Shown: positions 36,498 to 50,700 of the stretch, one piece after another
Layout: each line of letters begins with the position of its first letter
How positions within the stretch are numbered: position 1 is the stretch's first letter
DNA from: the human T2T-CHM13v2.0 reference genome, Homo sapiens
Direction: 5' to 3' (one strand)
Length of the DNA stretch: 64,000 nt
Assembly (NCBI RefSeq): GCF_009914755.1
Contig: NC_060929.1
The notes under the pieces: generated by a model
Told to the model about the DNA's origin: nothing
Databases searched by the model: none
The model's input: the letters and a program-made list of their open reading frames with translations, nothing else
Translations under genes and position numbers: made by a program

Positions 36498-39400
36498 GAG
36501 CACTGCATTGGACCTGCTCTGCCACACGGCCGCGTGTAACATTGAGGCGTTTATTCTCTTCACGCTGAGAGCTCAGTGTTTAGTCAAGTAAGACGCGTTT
36601 TCTTTCAGAGAGATCTTTCTGTGTTGCATGACACTTTTTAGGACACAAAGGGGGTATTCCGCCCTCCCCATACACACACTAAGAAAATGTCGAATTAAAT
36701 TTGGAATAGTAAAAATCATTTCAGTATTTACTGGGGCTTCCTGAGAACTTTACCTTTCAGCTCTTTAGGGGATAGTCTGCTATTTGTTATGCAGCCTTCC
36801 TTAATAGGTAGTTATAGGGAAAAAGTCCCTTCAGCATTATGCCTGTGCTCAAACAACTGCAGACAAAGTTTGCATATTCTCAGTCATCCCCTCTCTTTTT
36901 CCTGATTTTTTTTTCATCAAAAATTCTCTTTGTTTTTCTTCATCTGATATTGTGGGGTCCCTCATTAAGGACTGTAATATGAAAAGCTGGATTTAAAACT
37001 GCTGTCAAAAAGGAGGTTGTCCTCTTTTAATATTCTTTACCAGCAAAGCAAAAGGAAATGTCTTTGTTCTTGCTTTATAAATGCAATGTTTTTTGCTTTA
37101 TTTAATGTTTCTGCCAGATCACTAGGCACCTTCTAATCTACCCTCCCAACTTTGAGATATACTTTTATATTTGGTCTTTGCAGATTCCCAATACATGCAT
37201 GAGGCATCTCTCTGTGCCTCCACAACAGGACTAATTACCATATTCCTCCAGATATTATCACTATCTCCCTTCACAAAGTGTCCAATGTAAAAGCTGTTTT
37301 GATCTTTCAGATAAGTGCCTTAATTTAAAATAATAGCAAAAAGGTAAAATTAGGCCTCTATGCTCAGCAGTGCATGAATGACAAATCTGTTGTAGTTTGG
37401 GGTATATTTTTAAAGATTCCTTTTAAAACCTCTTATAGCAAATTTACATATGATCAAAAATGATATTACACATTGGCGAACTGAAGTGCATAATTTACTT
37501 CATATGCTACTGATATAGTTATGTTTATACGTATAATGGGTTTTACAGTTTTGGTATAATATCATACCAGTTCAAAAACTGAAAGATTTTTAAAAGCATT
37601 TTTTTTCAGTTTTTATCCACCTCTGAAAAGTTATTTTTTTCCTGTATAGTGTCTCAGAGCAAGATGTATCATTTTTAATGTACACTTTTAGCCCTAATAT
37701 CCATGAATTTATGAAAACCGGAGATTTTATGAGGGCATTCAACTAAAATATTTGTCAAAATAAGAATTCAATAATGTAGTTATACCTCTTTAAAATGCAA
37801 ATATTGGAGAACAAATGGGCAACTTGGCAAAACTTGCTTCATAGTGTTACATTTTTGTTTTTACCCTGTGTAGTTCTGGTTTATAAGAACATGTTAATTT
37901 GTCATATTAATAGATGAAATGAGTCATTTGGATTATGTTTGAATTGGTTCTAATCTTTGATATCATGAAAATCTTCACTTTGGATATAAGCTCCCTAAAT
38001 CCATGACTATTATTATACAACGTGTTGCTATAAAGCAGACAGATAGATAAAGATATCTTGAAATAGGAGCTCCATGTGTGCACAGCTGATTTTTTTTCCT
38101 CTTAGACATTCTATGTAATTCATAGTAACAGGTTAGTCAATTGATCATAAGGAATGTAAAACAAGACAAATACTTTAATCATTTTGAAGTCAATTATTCT
38201 ATATACAGATCTAAAACAATTGCTAGAAATATAATTTTAGCTGGTTGTGAACGGCCACTAAGCTTTTTCGTGACAACTGACTGCTTAACATCAGTGGGAC
38301 ATTAAGTTACTTTGTGCTTGAAAATCCACCAGGGAGTGTATATATGTGCTCTAAAGCTGCCCACTCAGTTCTGTTTGATCGCTTGCAGAAAACTAATAGC
38401 TTCTCACTGATGCTGAGAGGAGTATTGCCTCCATAACGGATTATAATGAAATATTTCAATAAAAACCCTTTTTAAAACTTATTTTTTTTTAAATTTGCAC
38501 TTCCATGTGAATAAATGACTGAACTCCATAAAATGAGTAAACAGGACACTTTCAAGTGTTCATGGCAGAGAAGTGATAGGGCAGAAGTGAAATAGACTAA
38601 TCTTTTTTGGTTCTTTTTGTATTTGTATGTCCAAAGAGTTTGATAAAATTTGCGACACAACCAGAGATGCAAACAACCAGAGAAAAAAGAATAGAAAATG
38701 TTGTAAATGCTTTTGTAGATGCAGTAGGCGAAGCAGAAAAATTCAAATTCAAATTATATTTGGAGTCACACCAAGCAGATGTAACTAGTATTTGAAATTA
38801 TTAGTAATGCATTGTATTCTCATTTGTCAATTAGTTCTCTGTAATGTCGGAATTCATAAAATATAAAAGAAAATCTATTGATCAGAATCTCACTTAAATA
38901 ACAAAACGTTTGTTTTATTTTGTTGTTCGGAGAAAGTCTTTTAATATTGATTGGCTTATTTGTCCAGGTTAATTGAATATCAAATAATTTAATAATTAAA
39001 TGTTCAAATAGCTGAATATTTAAGCATTAAGCTAATTAAGTATTGATCCCTGTGATAATAAATAACATTAAATAGCAGAGTTGTGATTATACAGAAATAA
39101 GCTCTTAAGTTTTTCTCACCTAGAAATTTTTTGTTTCATGCTGTAGTGAAGATTCTACAAAGTCATTGTATATTTTTAAGAAAAACTAAAAAGAGACCCA
39201 CCAATAATTTGGAAACTGTTAATAAAATAAGTGTACTTTCTTTTAAAAACTGCAAAATTACCCTTTTGTAGACCAGAATATCATGTTTGAATTACATCTT
39301 TTAAAATAAAAATCTTGTTGGAACAAATTAGGAAAATAAGGAGGTTTTAAAGAAAGCCAGAGAAAGCATATAACATCTTAATGTGACTGAAATTAATATC

Positions 39401-39989
39401 TCTTTAATATGAGTAATATAGAAGAAATGGTTTTTTTAAATCCCCCATTGATTTGGGGAAGACATTATACTTGATTGTTGACTATTTCATTTAATTCCTT
39501 CACACAAACTTAAGTCAACTATTCCAAAAATCAAGAAAACTTTATCAACATAGTATATTAATTCTAGTTTTCCAAGTGTTTTCACAAATGTCTTCCCACA
39601 ATGCACTGCCCTAAGTATTTAATCTGTGACCAAGGCTGGGTCACCAATAAGACCAAAGTGATAGCCACAATCTCCATTTCCATGTGCAGTCTCATCAGCC
39701 TCAGAACGCTTAGTTTTCCACCAGTCTCCAGTTACAAAGGGCTGCATTCCCACTTTTATGGAGTACAAGATTAAACACATAAAATAAAAAAGTAAAATAA
39801 AGTGCACTAAAACCAAATGGCAGATATTTGAATATAATTAATGTTGGACTTCTATTATTTGATTACACTAAAGATAATATGTGTCTTTGTTCCAAGAATA
39901 ATATGTCTCTTTCCTCCTTCTCTTCTCTTTGCTGCTTGAGTGAATTGTTTATAAACATGTAACATTCTTCTGAAATGAACTGGGGATGG

Positions 39990-40090
39990 GGGAGAATGAG
40001 AAAGAATAAAATAGAGAAAGAGAAGCAGAGAAAAGTGAGACAGAGACAGAGAAACAGAGACAGACAGAGGGAAAAGGAGGAAGGAAGACA
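39990..40090. repeat. GA-rich low-complexity tract
   Basis: GAGAAAGAGAAGCAGAGAAAAGTGAGACAGAGACAGAGAAACAGAGAC.. Confidence 0.8.
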
Positions 40091-43000
40091 GAATTCAGAT
40101 CATCTGGAATCCAGAAATCTGATTCTGCAGGAAATACGATAGGAGGGCCTATACTACTTTCAAAGGTTAGCTTTAGTTAACCACAGCAACATACAATTCT
40201 ATAAACTCTTCTGTCTCAGTTTCTTTCTCTCTTTCTCTCACATAGACATATGTGCACACATAACCACACACACACAGACTCATACAGGCCTCTGCCCCAA
40301 AATGAAATAAAGAGGGATGTATATTGCTAATCCTCAAAAACAACCATTTGCACCTGGGGTTGGCAATGGCACCAAAAAGCCAACCACTTTTTCTACATTA
40401 CAGTTCATTAAAATGCCACTGACAAGTTATGTCTTTACAGGAAACAAAACGTATCCTGTTCCTTAAGGAAAATCCAGATAACTAGAACCAATACAAGCCC
40501 TTACCCCAGTTTGCTAAATGGGCTCAGGCGAGATGGAGGAACAGCCTGAAACACAAAACCATTATGTGAAAAATAACATTAGTAATTAATCTGATTGAAT
40601 ATTTAAAGCAACATTTTTTTTGAAGTCATCAAGATGTTTTTCCAATCTTCATCAGTCCTCCAGATTTTTATTATTTATTGAATGATCACACAATAATAAT
40701 ATCCCCAAGTATATAACCCATGAGTATATTGGTGCAGATCAAAATGAAAAAAATCTGCTAACAACTTCATCAGGAATCCAAAGGCTTAGGTAGAATTAGA
40801 ATTCAAGACATCAAAAACCTCAACAACCTATTTAATCCTTTAACCACTAGGCCACACTCTCTTTCAAAATTGTTAATAGAAACAACATTGCCCTTTTTGT
40901 ACAGCTGTAGATGCCCTATTGATCTGTATCACATAGCATTTAACACTGGATGATTTGGCTAGGAAAAGCAATGTTCACTGTTCCATGGCAAATCAGACAA
41001 CAATGCTAAGATTTGCTATAGAACCAGGAAAATAGCATAGGAGATAGGGAAACAAACAGCCACACAGAACAAACCTCATTTGCACGTTTTTCACAGCTAT
41101 TTTTTACTCCATAAGAAAGCAAAGTAGTAGAGTGCAATTGTATTAAAAGTAAAACTATTTCTGCCTAACGCAGATGTGGATCATGGGAATGGAAACCTAA
41201 TAAACCAACAGCTGAAGGCCACATTATTGCCCTATCCTCCTCCCCTAGCTCATTTAGAAAATGACATGTTTTTCTTCACAATGTTTTTCCCCTCCTCTCT
41301 TTTTAGTGGCAGTAATGCTGAATGCTCTTGACATAATTCTTCGTTCACCCCTGACAGTCATTTTTTTGAATACTATCCCAGCAATAAAACACCTGACCTC
41401 GAGTCTTTCAAATGGCCATTGGCTTAGGTTACCCCAATTAGCCAGACTCATTTGGAAGTATCCAGAGGAGTCAGGTGCATCACTCTTCACTAAACTCAGC
41501 ATTCGGAGCAAACACATCTTTTTTTAGGTCAATTTATTTTTCTAAGGGATTTTTCTATTCCTCTATGATCTAAACATAGAAAAATAACAGGTTTAAAAAA
41601 TAATCTACAAGTATGTAGAATTCCGATACCAATATTTCTGCCTTGGAAGTCATATAGGGCAACATGCCTAGTTCCCTGAAAGTTGCTTTTCAATATTTAA
41701 GGATAATTGAGAGAATTAGGTGTACAAGCATCAATGGAGAGCGATTTTATTTACATATAAGGAAGCTACATGTCTGCATAACTTAATGAAAAGACATACA
41801 CACTTTGTGCACAGCATACATCTGTGATATCTGTATGTTTGGGTCAATGTATTTTTGGAGTACAGATCTCCCAAATCAATAGCTCTTTATTAGAATCCCC
41901 TTAGGTGGAGAAGAAAATGTGTACCTCCAGAGATAAAAGTATGTTTATTACATGTTTGTGTGTGTAATTAAATGTAGGATTTTGCCTCAGGAATAAAGCT
42001 TGGACTAAATATAAATAATAATTAACTGAGGCTTCTTAGAGAATTTTGGCAAAGGAAAATGGATATTTTCAACATAAATGAGATATGAGAAATTAAAGGT
42101 ATATTTAAATTATACTAAAGGCAGGGCCCTTTAATTTTCAAATTATTAAACAATTAAAATTTTAAATTATTCTGAACTAAAATGCATGTTTATGTTATGT
42201 TTCTGATACAGCAATCTCTTTGCTCCGTTTATTTTGTATTTAATATTTATCAATAAGTACAAGACTTCCTAACAAATGTATAATTTTTTTTCCATGAATC
42301 TTTTAGAATTTGTGTGCGCTACACAATTTTGTCACTTGGCACATTTTTATTCCTTCTTAAAAAGGACAAACCATGAGAATCCTGATAGACTATACTTGAA
42401 ATAAAATAGGAAGTCCACACAACTGAAGGTGAACAAATAATGCAGGCTGAAATGAGTATCTCTTCGAAAGACTACAAGCTTCCTTTTGACATTCAAGCAA
42501 TTCAGTAAGGAGGGAAAGCGAAATTGAATTTAGCCGATGCAAATGAAATTAAAACTAAATTGGTTGTCACATCAAACTGATGTTAACTATGTAAATGTTT
42601 TCTGTTTATGAAACTACAGTTTAGAGTATATAATTCTGCAAAAATAAGAATATTTTTGTGTTCTTTTAAAATATAAATTAAAAGGGCAGATTATGAAATT
42701 GTTTAAAATCCTTGCCACTTACCCACGTAATATCAAAGGACCTATGAATCATGAAAACTGTGGACATAGAGTATTGAAATAAACATACACATATAGATAT
42801 GCACATCAATACACATGCATGCTTTTCTGGCCAAGCAGTACCCCATTACATCATTGCTTCAAATGCATTCATTCTCTTCAATATTGTTGGCTGTTTCAGG
42901 TTAACTACCAAAATCATTTGCCTGAGAAGCGAGATTTAATTGTCTTACAACTACCTCTGTGAGGTACAATAGGGATTACAAGTACCCATTGATTATACTA

Positions 43001-44094
43001 TTGGGTAGAATAAGGGACTCTTATTCTAGCATTTCTCATTCATTTTGTCATTGCATTCTCTTTGAAAGAGACCAAATGGGTCCCAGCAGGTGAAAGCAAA
43101 GAAACCTGAAAGGCCCCCTTTGATGAATGACAATACCACAACCACCCTCCCCCCCACCATTTTTGGAGATTATAAAACCTTATTAAGTCATGCCCTGTTA
43201 GATATTGATTGAGAGGGAGCTAAACTAAAACCAACAATAGCAGCATGGATCAGAGAACACTGCTTTCATCAATGGGCACTAAACACAGCTAAGCTTTCCA
43301 ATCTTTTCCGGGGGGGCAGGGTGGGGGGACTTTTTTTTTTACTATTTACTTTTGTTTAAACCATTATCCTAGAAAGTCATACAATTATAGCTACTTTGTC
43401 AGTTAAGAATAAATCGTAGTTGTCTAGCACTTCATCTTTTTGAATGTAGCAGTGTATTGCACAAACAATATTATACTTGGTTAAGATTCAGGATTATTAT
43501 TATGATTATTGGGGGGTGCAATTCTGGGTAATTATCATAATTATTCTTGACTCTGGGACTCCTTTGATGACAACGTTGCTTTAAAGTAAACCACTTGGAC
43601 ATAAAACCCAAGATATTTGAAAAGAGACTGCTGCCAGAATCAGAGTTGAAAACTCACCCATATTTTAAAGTTATCTTGATTATCAGGCTGTTTGCGTTCC
43701 TGGGCTGTCTTTTCTGCCATCTGTGAGCGCCACAGCAAACAACCCCTTTATGACAATCACCTCAGTATAACTTGAATATGTCTGCTTTAGAGGAGACTTC
43801 TGTAATAAGACTCTGTGCTAATTAACTGTCAGCCTTTTTAAAAAAATAAATAAATAAATCAGCAGACTGCATTTTAGAAAGACACTCCACCAAAAAATTC
43901 CCAAACAAGATTTAAGTTTATGTGCCAGACTGTAACTTCTACTCCATGTTTTTTCAGGCCTTCCTCTGAGTAAATCTGTTTACTTTAAATACTTCTCATG
44001 TGATAAAGGTTTTCATTTTTCTTGCCAGTTGACTACAGGTAGTAACATTTGCTCCTCCTTCTAAACAGCTACTTGATTCAGTAACGTTATCCTC

Positions 44095-44295
44095 CAAAAA
44101 TAAAAGAAGACAAAAAAGAAAGGAAAAGGAAGGAAAGGAAAAGAAGGAAGAAAGAAAGAAAAGGAGGGAGGAAAGGATGAAAAAGAGAGAGAAAAGAGTC
44201 AGGTGTAAAAAAAACTTTTTTTTTTTTTTTTTGGCCAGAAATGGTAGTTACATGGCAAAAAAAAAAAAAAAAAAGAAAAAGAAAAAAGAAAAAGT
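44095..44295. repeat. GA/A-rich low complexity with T17 and A18 runs
   Basis: Read directly from sequence. Confidence 0.85.
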
Positions 44296-47289
44296 AAATT
44301 AGGGTTGTTGCTATTGAAAACAATAATAGTTAAAAGGGCCAGACACTAAAATTATTAGTTTAATATTAAGGATAAATAATTTCTAGTTCAAGAGAAAGAA
44401 TTATTTGTAGAAACAGCATTATATTCACTGAAAATGACTTTTTAAACAGTCTCTAGAAACCATAATTGTCTTGGAAGAATATAGGAATCAAGGCTTATAC
44501 AAAACAGACACAGACACTTAAAAATTCATCTTGGTGAACTCTTTCCTACATACTGGATAAAACCAGTAGTAACCACTTGAAAATAAAGCATTAACAATAA
44601 TATTCCTCTAAAAATATAAAACATAAGAATGAATGCAAAAGTTTTTATTTTCTTGTTAAAATCCACCTTGAATAATGATTCTCCAAAATATACACAAGAA
44701 ATACAATTTTTAAGTTGAATATAATAAACAGAAAATAAAAACAATACTAAATTATTTTATGTTTTAGGCAAAATTTCATCTCTTCATATTGTATAACTTT
44801 TTTACTTAATTTTCAAAGATTTAAATTGCGTTTATAAATTAGATTTTATTATTAAATTATTTTTTTAAGTACTCAAAATGTTACCTAATTGTTAATCAAT
44901 ATTTCCCATTTGTAGGGTCTCCTAGATTTGTTAGCTTAGACTTTAAATTTAGACATTACATTCTTTCAACATTTTTAAACATATGGCATTAAATATTATA
45001 ATTTATAAATTTTGTTTTGTATTTTTATTTCAACACCTTCCTAATGTCATACTTTGAATGCAGATTTAAATAAAGTATTTAAATATTTAAATCAATATAT
45101 CGAATTTGAGTAGAACAGTTAACTAACAAAAAATTGCCAAGTTATGTGTTGGATGATAGTTTCTTTTTAAAATATGATGTTGTGCATACATTTTTATAAA
45201 TGCAGCAATTCAGTTGAAAAGTTTTAACATTTGTATATGCTAGCTGATACAGATAATTAAACAACAGAATCTGTTGCTAATTTTATTTTCATTAGATTTG
45301 ATTTTTTCAAGTGGGTATCACCTGTTAATTTTGTACTGATTAGTTCAGTTCCTTTACTGATTTGTGTCTCTTAAAAGAAACCTGAGAGTTAGTCATTTAC
45401 TGTATGAAAAATTTTTAATTCAGTCATCAGTTGGCAATTTTAGACTGCCTTGTATCTTAGGCAAGTAACTAGAATGTAAAATAACTAAGTTGCAATAATA
45501 GAATTTTTTAGTGTCTATAAAGTACATTTTCTGTTTTCCATTTTAAAAAAGTGCTGTAATGTTAATTCTTCTTTAGATTGCCCAGAAATAATAAAGCATA
45601 GTAGTAACAAAAATATCAAAATTTTGTTCAGTACCCTCACTGAACTAATAATACTTAAGGTAGGCCAAATCTTCACACTGTTATGTAGTTGGAGGTGTCT
45701 TTCCTGAGTACTTTCTCTTATATCACATTTAAGAATTGCAAACAAATTAGAAATTGTTTTAGCTTTAACACTAAAATATAATAATAATTCTAATCCCTAT
45801 CACTTTCCTTAAAATTAAAATGTAATTCTGTTTTGTTATTTTATTATGTAGCCTTTTGTGATCAAATTACATATAATCTCTGAGTAATTTCCATGATCTC
45901 TGACTAGAATTTCGTATGTTTAGATATTCATAAAACAACAATGCACTGTACCCAAATTGGTACTTATTTAGCACTTTTAACAATACTATAACATTATTTG
46001 AATCAATTTGTATTAGAAATAGAGTAAAAATGAAAAGTGCCACATATTTTACCCAATTATTTCAAACTGTTGATAATACAGAAAGCAGACTATTTTATAG
46101 AATTTTATTCTCTATGCATAATCACATTTTCTTCTGAAATTACTCATTTATCAAAGTGTTAAAGAAAAATAGAGATTTTTCTTTTATATCTTCCAAAGCC
46201 TCTCGAAAGACCAACTTGCAAAATTATAGTGATGTATATACAAAGTGTTATTTCCTTCTACCTGAAGAAAACATTACCTCAGTCTCATGCATATGACATC
46301 AAAATAAAAATTGAATGTTTGTTTTAAATTGAATAACCATGCCAAAAATAGTCTAAATGTTATTAGCATCTAGTCCACAAAATAGTTTCAGTTAGATTAA
46401 ATATGATTTTTCCCCTAGTGATATATGTTATATTCATGTTATTTTGGTGGTGGGTGGGGGTAGGGAGGAAAAGCTATTTCTCATTTAAGTTGAAGTAACA
46501 TTGTTAGTAAGATAAATTTTAGTTCAATGAAATAGATATTGGATTTTTGAAATTGAATTTGTAGTAAAATTTTAATCATCTCTTTTCATACACGTCTAAT
46601 TCATAATGATAACATTTATTTGTGGTAGATTCAGTGGACCACATCTTGACAGAATGTTTCATTTGTCATGCCTGAAGTTGGTTAAGTATCCAATATAGTG
46701 CTTTCTACTTAGGGTTCTCTGCTTTCAGAATGTTACTTTCCTTGAATTCTATTTTTGAAACATTTAAGAAAATTTAATTTCCCAGGATGGGAGATTTTAC
46801 AATATTTCTCTCTTGGTACTTTGTAAAATTTTGAGATTGCCTGACTTTGTCCCTGGAGCTTTCATGTGAAAATATTTGGATGTACTCAGCTATAGTTTCC
46901 CTAAGATTCAAAGATTCATTGGGGAGAAAATAAGCTATTAGTAGGACTCTTTACAGTTTCATCAGAATATCCAAGGTTGTGTACAGAAGCTGAAGGCTTT
47001 CTTTTGACCTGATAAGGCCTTCCAGTTCAATCTCAGCCCATATTCACAAAGTACATGCATTAGTTTCCTCATTCAGCAGAGAGAAATTGTAAACATCTGT
47101 TGAGAATATTCTGAGATGCCAAACTACTTCTTGGAATATTTTAAAAGTAAAGTCAAATCACCTTACATTCAATCTATATGTTAAAGTCCTAGCTCCGATT
47201 GGAGATTTCATTGGAAAGCCAGTTAGCAACATTCTTTCTCTGTTTCTCCTTACAAAATAACTGACCACGAAGCAATGTGACATGTTAAA

Positions 47290-47710
47290 TGATGTTTTTT
47301 GCAGCAGCTATCCTGAAAGCCTATACACGTGTTTCATTGAAGCCACTGGACTCCTCCCTCTCCAATGCTTAAAACATCTGTCAAATTCTTCTTTTGGAAT
47401 AGCCTTCAAAGGGCGTTTATTAGCTGCTAGAAAAATATTCTTATTTTATATGTTTCATTTTTAAATCCAGAGCAGAAATATCTATGTTCAGCAGACTTAA
47501 CTCTGTATCAGTTTCCCAAAGCCAGATCTTCCTTTATTGGACAAAGATTTTCCATTATAAAAAATGTTCGAAAGAGTGAGCAGTAGCTTCTAAAGGCAAT
47601 TATCAAAAGAGGACATTTAATGCTGGTTAGAGCAATAGTAGCATCAGAAAACAAGTACTTAATATTTGGCAAGATGACCCCTTTGAAGCATTTGATTTTG
47701 ATGACTGTTA
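47290..47710. mobile_element. MARNA-like mariner-derived DNA transposon relic
   Basis: Minus strand 47409-47362 translates LKAIPKEEFDRCFKHW (mariner transposase C-terminus); an inverted homologous copy AAGGCAATTATCAAAAGAGG..GAGCAATAGTAGCATC..CAAGATGACCCCTTTGAAG lies at about 47590-47690. Confidence 0.7.
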
Positions 47711-50700
47711 GGTTATATTAATTAAAATAATCAGTCACACCACCCTATAGTCATATCTCAAATATCTTCCTGTCCTTTAACAAGATCACAGGCTCTTGCA
47801 CCTCTCCGTGGAATACAACTTAAAAATGTATACTTCATGGTCACAGTCCCTTTGGATATAGGGTCTGAGTAACAAGGCCTCTTTGTTTATATGCACAATA
47901 TGTAAAATGTAAGATAAATCTTAATATACAGACTAATATTTAACATCTTTTTGATAACACTGAATCATCACACTTGAATTCTATTTTTAATCTAGGCAAG
48001 TTCAAATTACAGGAAAATATTGGGTCTAAAAACACACAAATTTAGAATATAATAATATGAACAATAGTTAATGTATCAATATACATGCACCCAAATTTAA
48101 AATTTTGTTTTTAAAGTAATTATATACACCAGTGCTTAAGTGTTTTCAAAGGGCTGGAAAAAAAACTTTTCCCTTGATCAGGGATTTACATCTAAAAGTA
48201 AACTAATAAGATCAGTCACCAGATGATTTTAAGAACAGTTGTTTTACATAAGTATTTTCTTTAAAAATTCAATAACATGTTCAGTTATGGATAATTATAT
48301 ATGTGCCAAAGTTTGAGTTTCTGATTTTCTTTTAAAGTTAAATTTCTCTATTGTTAATAAATACCATATATTTATGAAATACATTTTTCCCTTTTGAAAA
48401 TTCTGCTACTGTTTTGTCAGTGCAATTTATCACAGTGAAGTGGCAACCTGATACACTTAGTATGTGGTCATTTCTAGTCATGCTGAGCAATATAGGTAGG
48501 TGTACTCTAGAATCTTTGTGCATAACTCAGTATGTCTTGCCATTATGAACTAATTATTTCAGTAGAAAAGATTAAAATGAATTCAGGTTTCTGTGTCTTA
48601 ATTCAGCAATGGTATCTTCTCAGAGTGTTAGTCAGATATAATTTCTTAAGTTTCAGAAATATCTACTCCCTTGAATTTCTGGAGGATGCCCAAAGTGAAA
48701 TCATAAGCATCATGACCATGAGAAACTGTATTAAACACATGCTGGAAACTTCATTCCTCTCTGATTGATGAATGTATCTCTTTTTTGTATGGTCAACTGA
48801 TTTTTTTCTTATTTATAATAGTACATTACTGAAGATTTTTATGATTGGCTATAGGTTCTCAATCACTGGTTTTCTCTGTCAGGAAAAATCATTGTCTTTA
48901 ATTTTTGCTGCTCTGAATTATTATTTGAGATTATTCCTTCACTGTATAGTTAGTATATAGTATTTTATTTGTATATTATGTCATGGTTTAGAAATTAGTT
49001 CTTCCAAGCTTTGCTTAACCAAAAGATTTTTTAGTGAGTTCCTCCTCCAAATTTGGCTGCAGCCTCTTGGGTCGTTTTATTCTCTTTTGCCTTGAATAAG
49101 AATCTAATGCTGAATATTTTTAATGGCTCGGAAAAAATACCCCTATAAAACTCCATTTCTGATTACTGCAATTTATAGATTACTGTGACACATTCAGCTT
49201 AGAAAAAGAATGCTGGGTTGTTTGAGAAAATGTTCAACGGCAAAATAAGTTAGATCTTATCTTTACAAACTAGAATATATCTTTGCTTTCCTAAAATGCT
49301 AAAATAACAGGCACATTTACTCAATGATTAAGAAAAAATAGAGAATAAACAGTGGGAATATAGAGACATATTTTCCTTAGGATATTGGACTTATCCTGAG
49401 AAAAGCATACAGGGCAGTTACCTGGAGCTGGCAGATGACACCTTACCCACTTTCTCTGGTTTCTTCTGCTAGTTGTATAGAGAACAGTTTCCTATGCTTC
49501 TCATAGATCTGGTCTTACAATCCCACCTCCCCGCTTTTGGTTTCCTTTACTTTTTCCTTATTAATTTGATTTATTTTGTTTGTTTGTTTTTACAATAGTT
49601 TAGCAACTGCTAAGCGTAGCTGTATTAAAATATGGCTTGTTGTATTATACATAGTTTTGGGTTGCTTCTTAGAGTCCTAAGTTGGACTATCCTTCTGACA
49701 CTATAATCCCGAAGTCATTATTGGGCACAGTAAGAGATTTTCAGCTCCAATATCTAACATCTATGATTATCTCTTGACTTCTTCCACGTGGAGGAGACCT
49801 CAGTCTTGTTTTCTTCATAGGCATTAGATTTAACATTTCTGCAGAGCAGAGATCCTTTCATTTGCTTTTCCTCTTAATTACCCCTTATGACTAGTGAAAT
49901 TAGTTTTGCATAAAATGCTAGAGAACTTTATTGGAGGCCTTGTCTGCCATTAATATTTCCTCTGAAGTGAAACTTGCCTAGTCTATAAGGGACTCCATTA
50001 AGAGATGTCAATTGGAAACAAGACAGTCTTTTTGCAGACTCAGCTGGTGATAAATCTTTCCTTTCTCACCCTCAGGGTGATTCAGAGCGTATTTTTCATA
50101 CTCCTAGACTCTGAATCCTTCCTCTCTCAGGAGAGAGTCATTTGATTGTGTCCACTCTTCCTGGTCTAGCTGTGAAGGCCAATCTGAACCAGGAGGCAGA
50201 GAGAGGACTGGATTTGTGATGTTTTAGCCTACCACCCTTGGAAGTCACTCATACTCACCCCTCCCAGTTCTGATCTTCTACTTCAGTTTGGCCAAGTGAC
50301 TTCTGCCTTATTTTGTCTGTCTGGGCAACTATTTCCATCATTGCCCATAGCATGGGTCTCCCAGAATGAGACTCTTCCTTGCTCTCATGAGTGCTCCCTG
50401 GCACTGAAGTTAGTCTTTGAATAATTGTTGTGATCTACTTATGCAAATGGACTGTATACACTTCCAGGATAAATGCCAAGATTCAGAGTTCCCCAGCACA
50501 CTTCTCCTGCCTGTTCTTTAGTACCATGCTCACCTGCTGTGGAATTCCCCATTCGGGGCTCCTGTCATTAATAGAGAACCGTTGTCACTTCAGAGAAAAT
50601 CTGGGTCAGTGCCACATCCTCAGAGAAGATAGTTTCCAGGTTTGTGTCTGAGTCAATGTCCACCCATGGCTAACCTGGTCCAGGTAAAGCTCTAGTGCTA

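Noticed and set aside
45077-45092. 16-bp perfect palindrome ATTTAAATATTTAAAT
   Set aside because: Expected by chance in very AT-rich DNA
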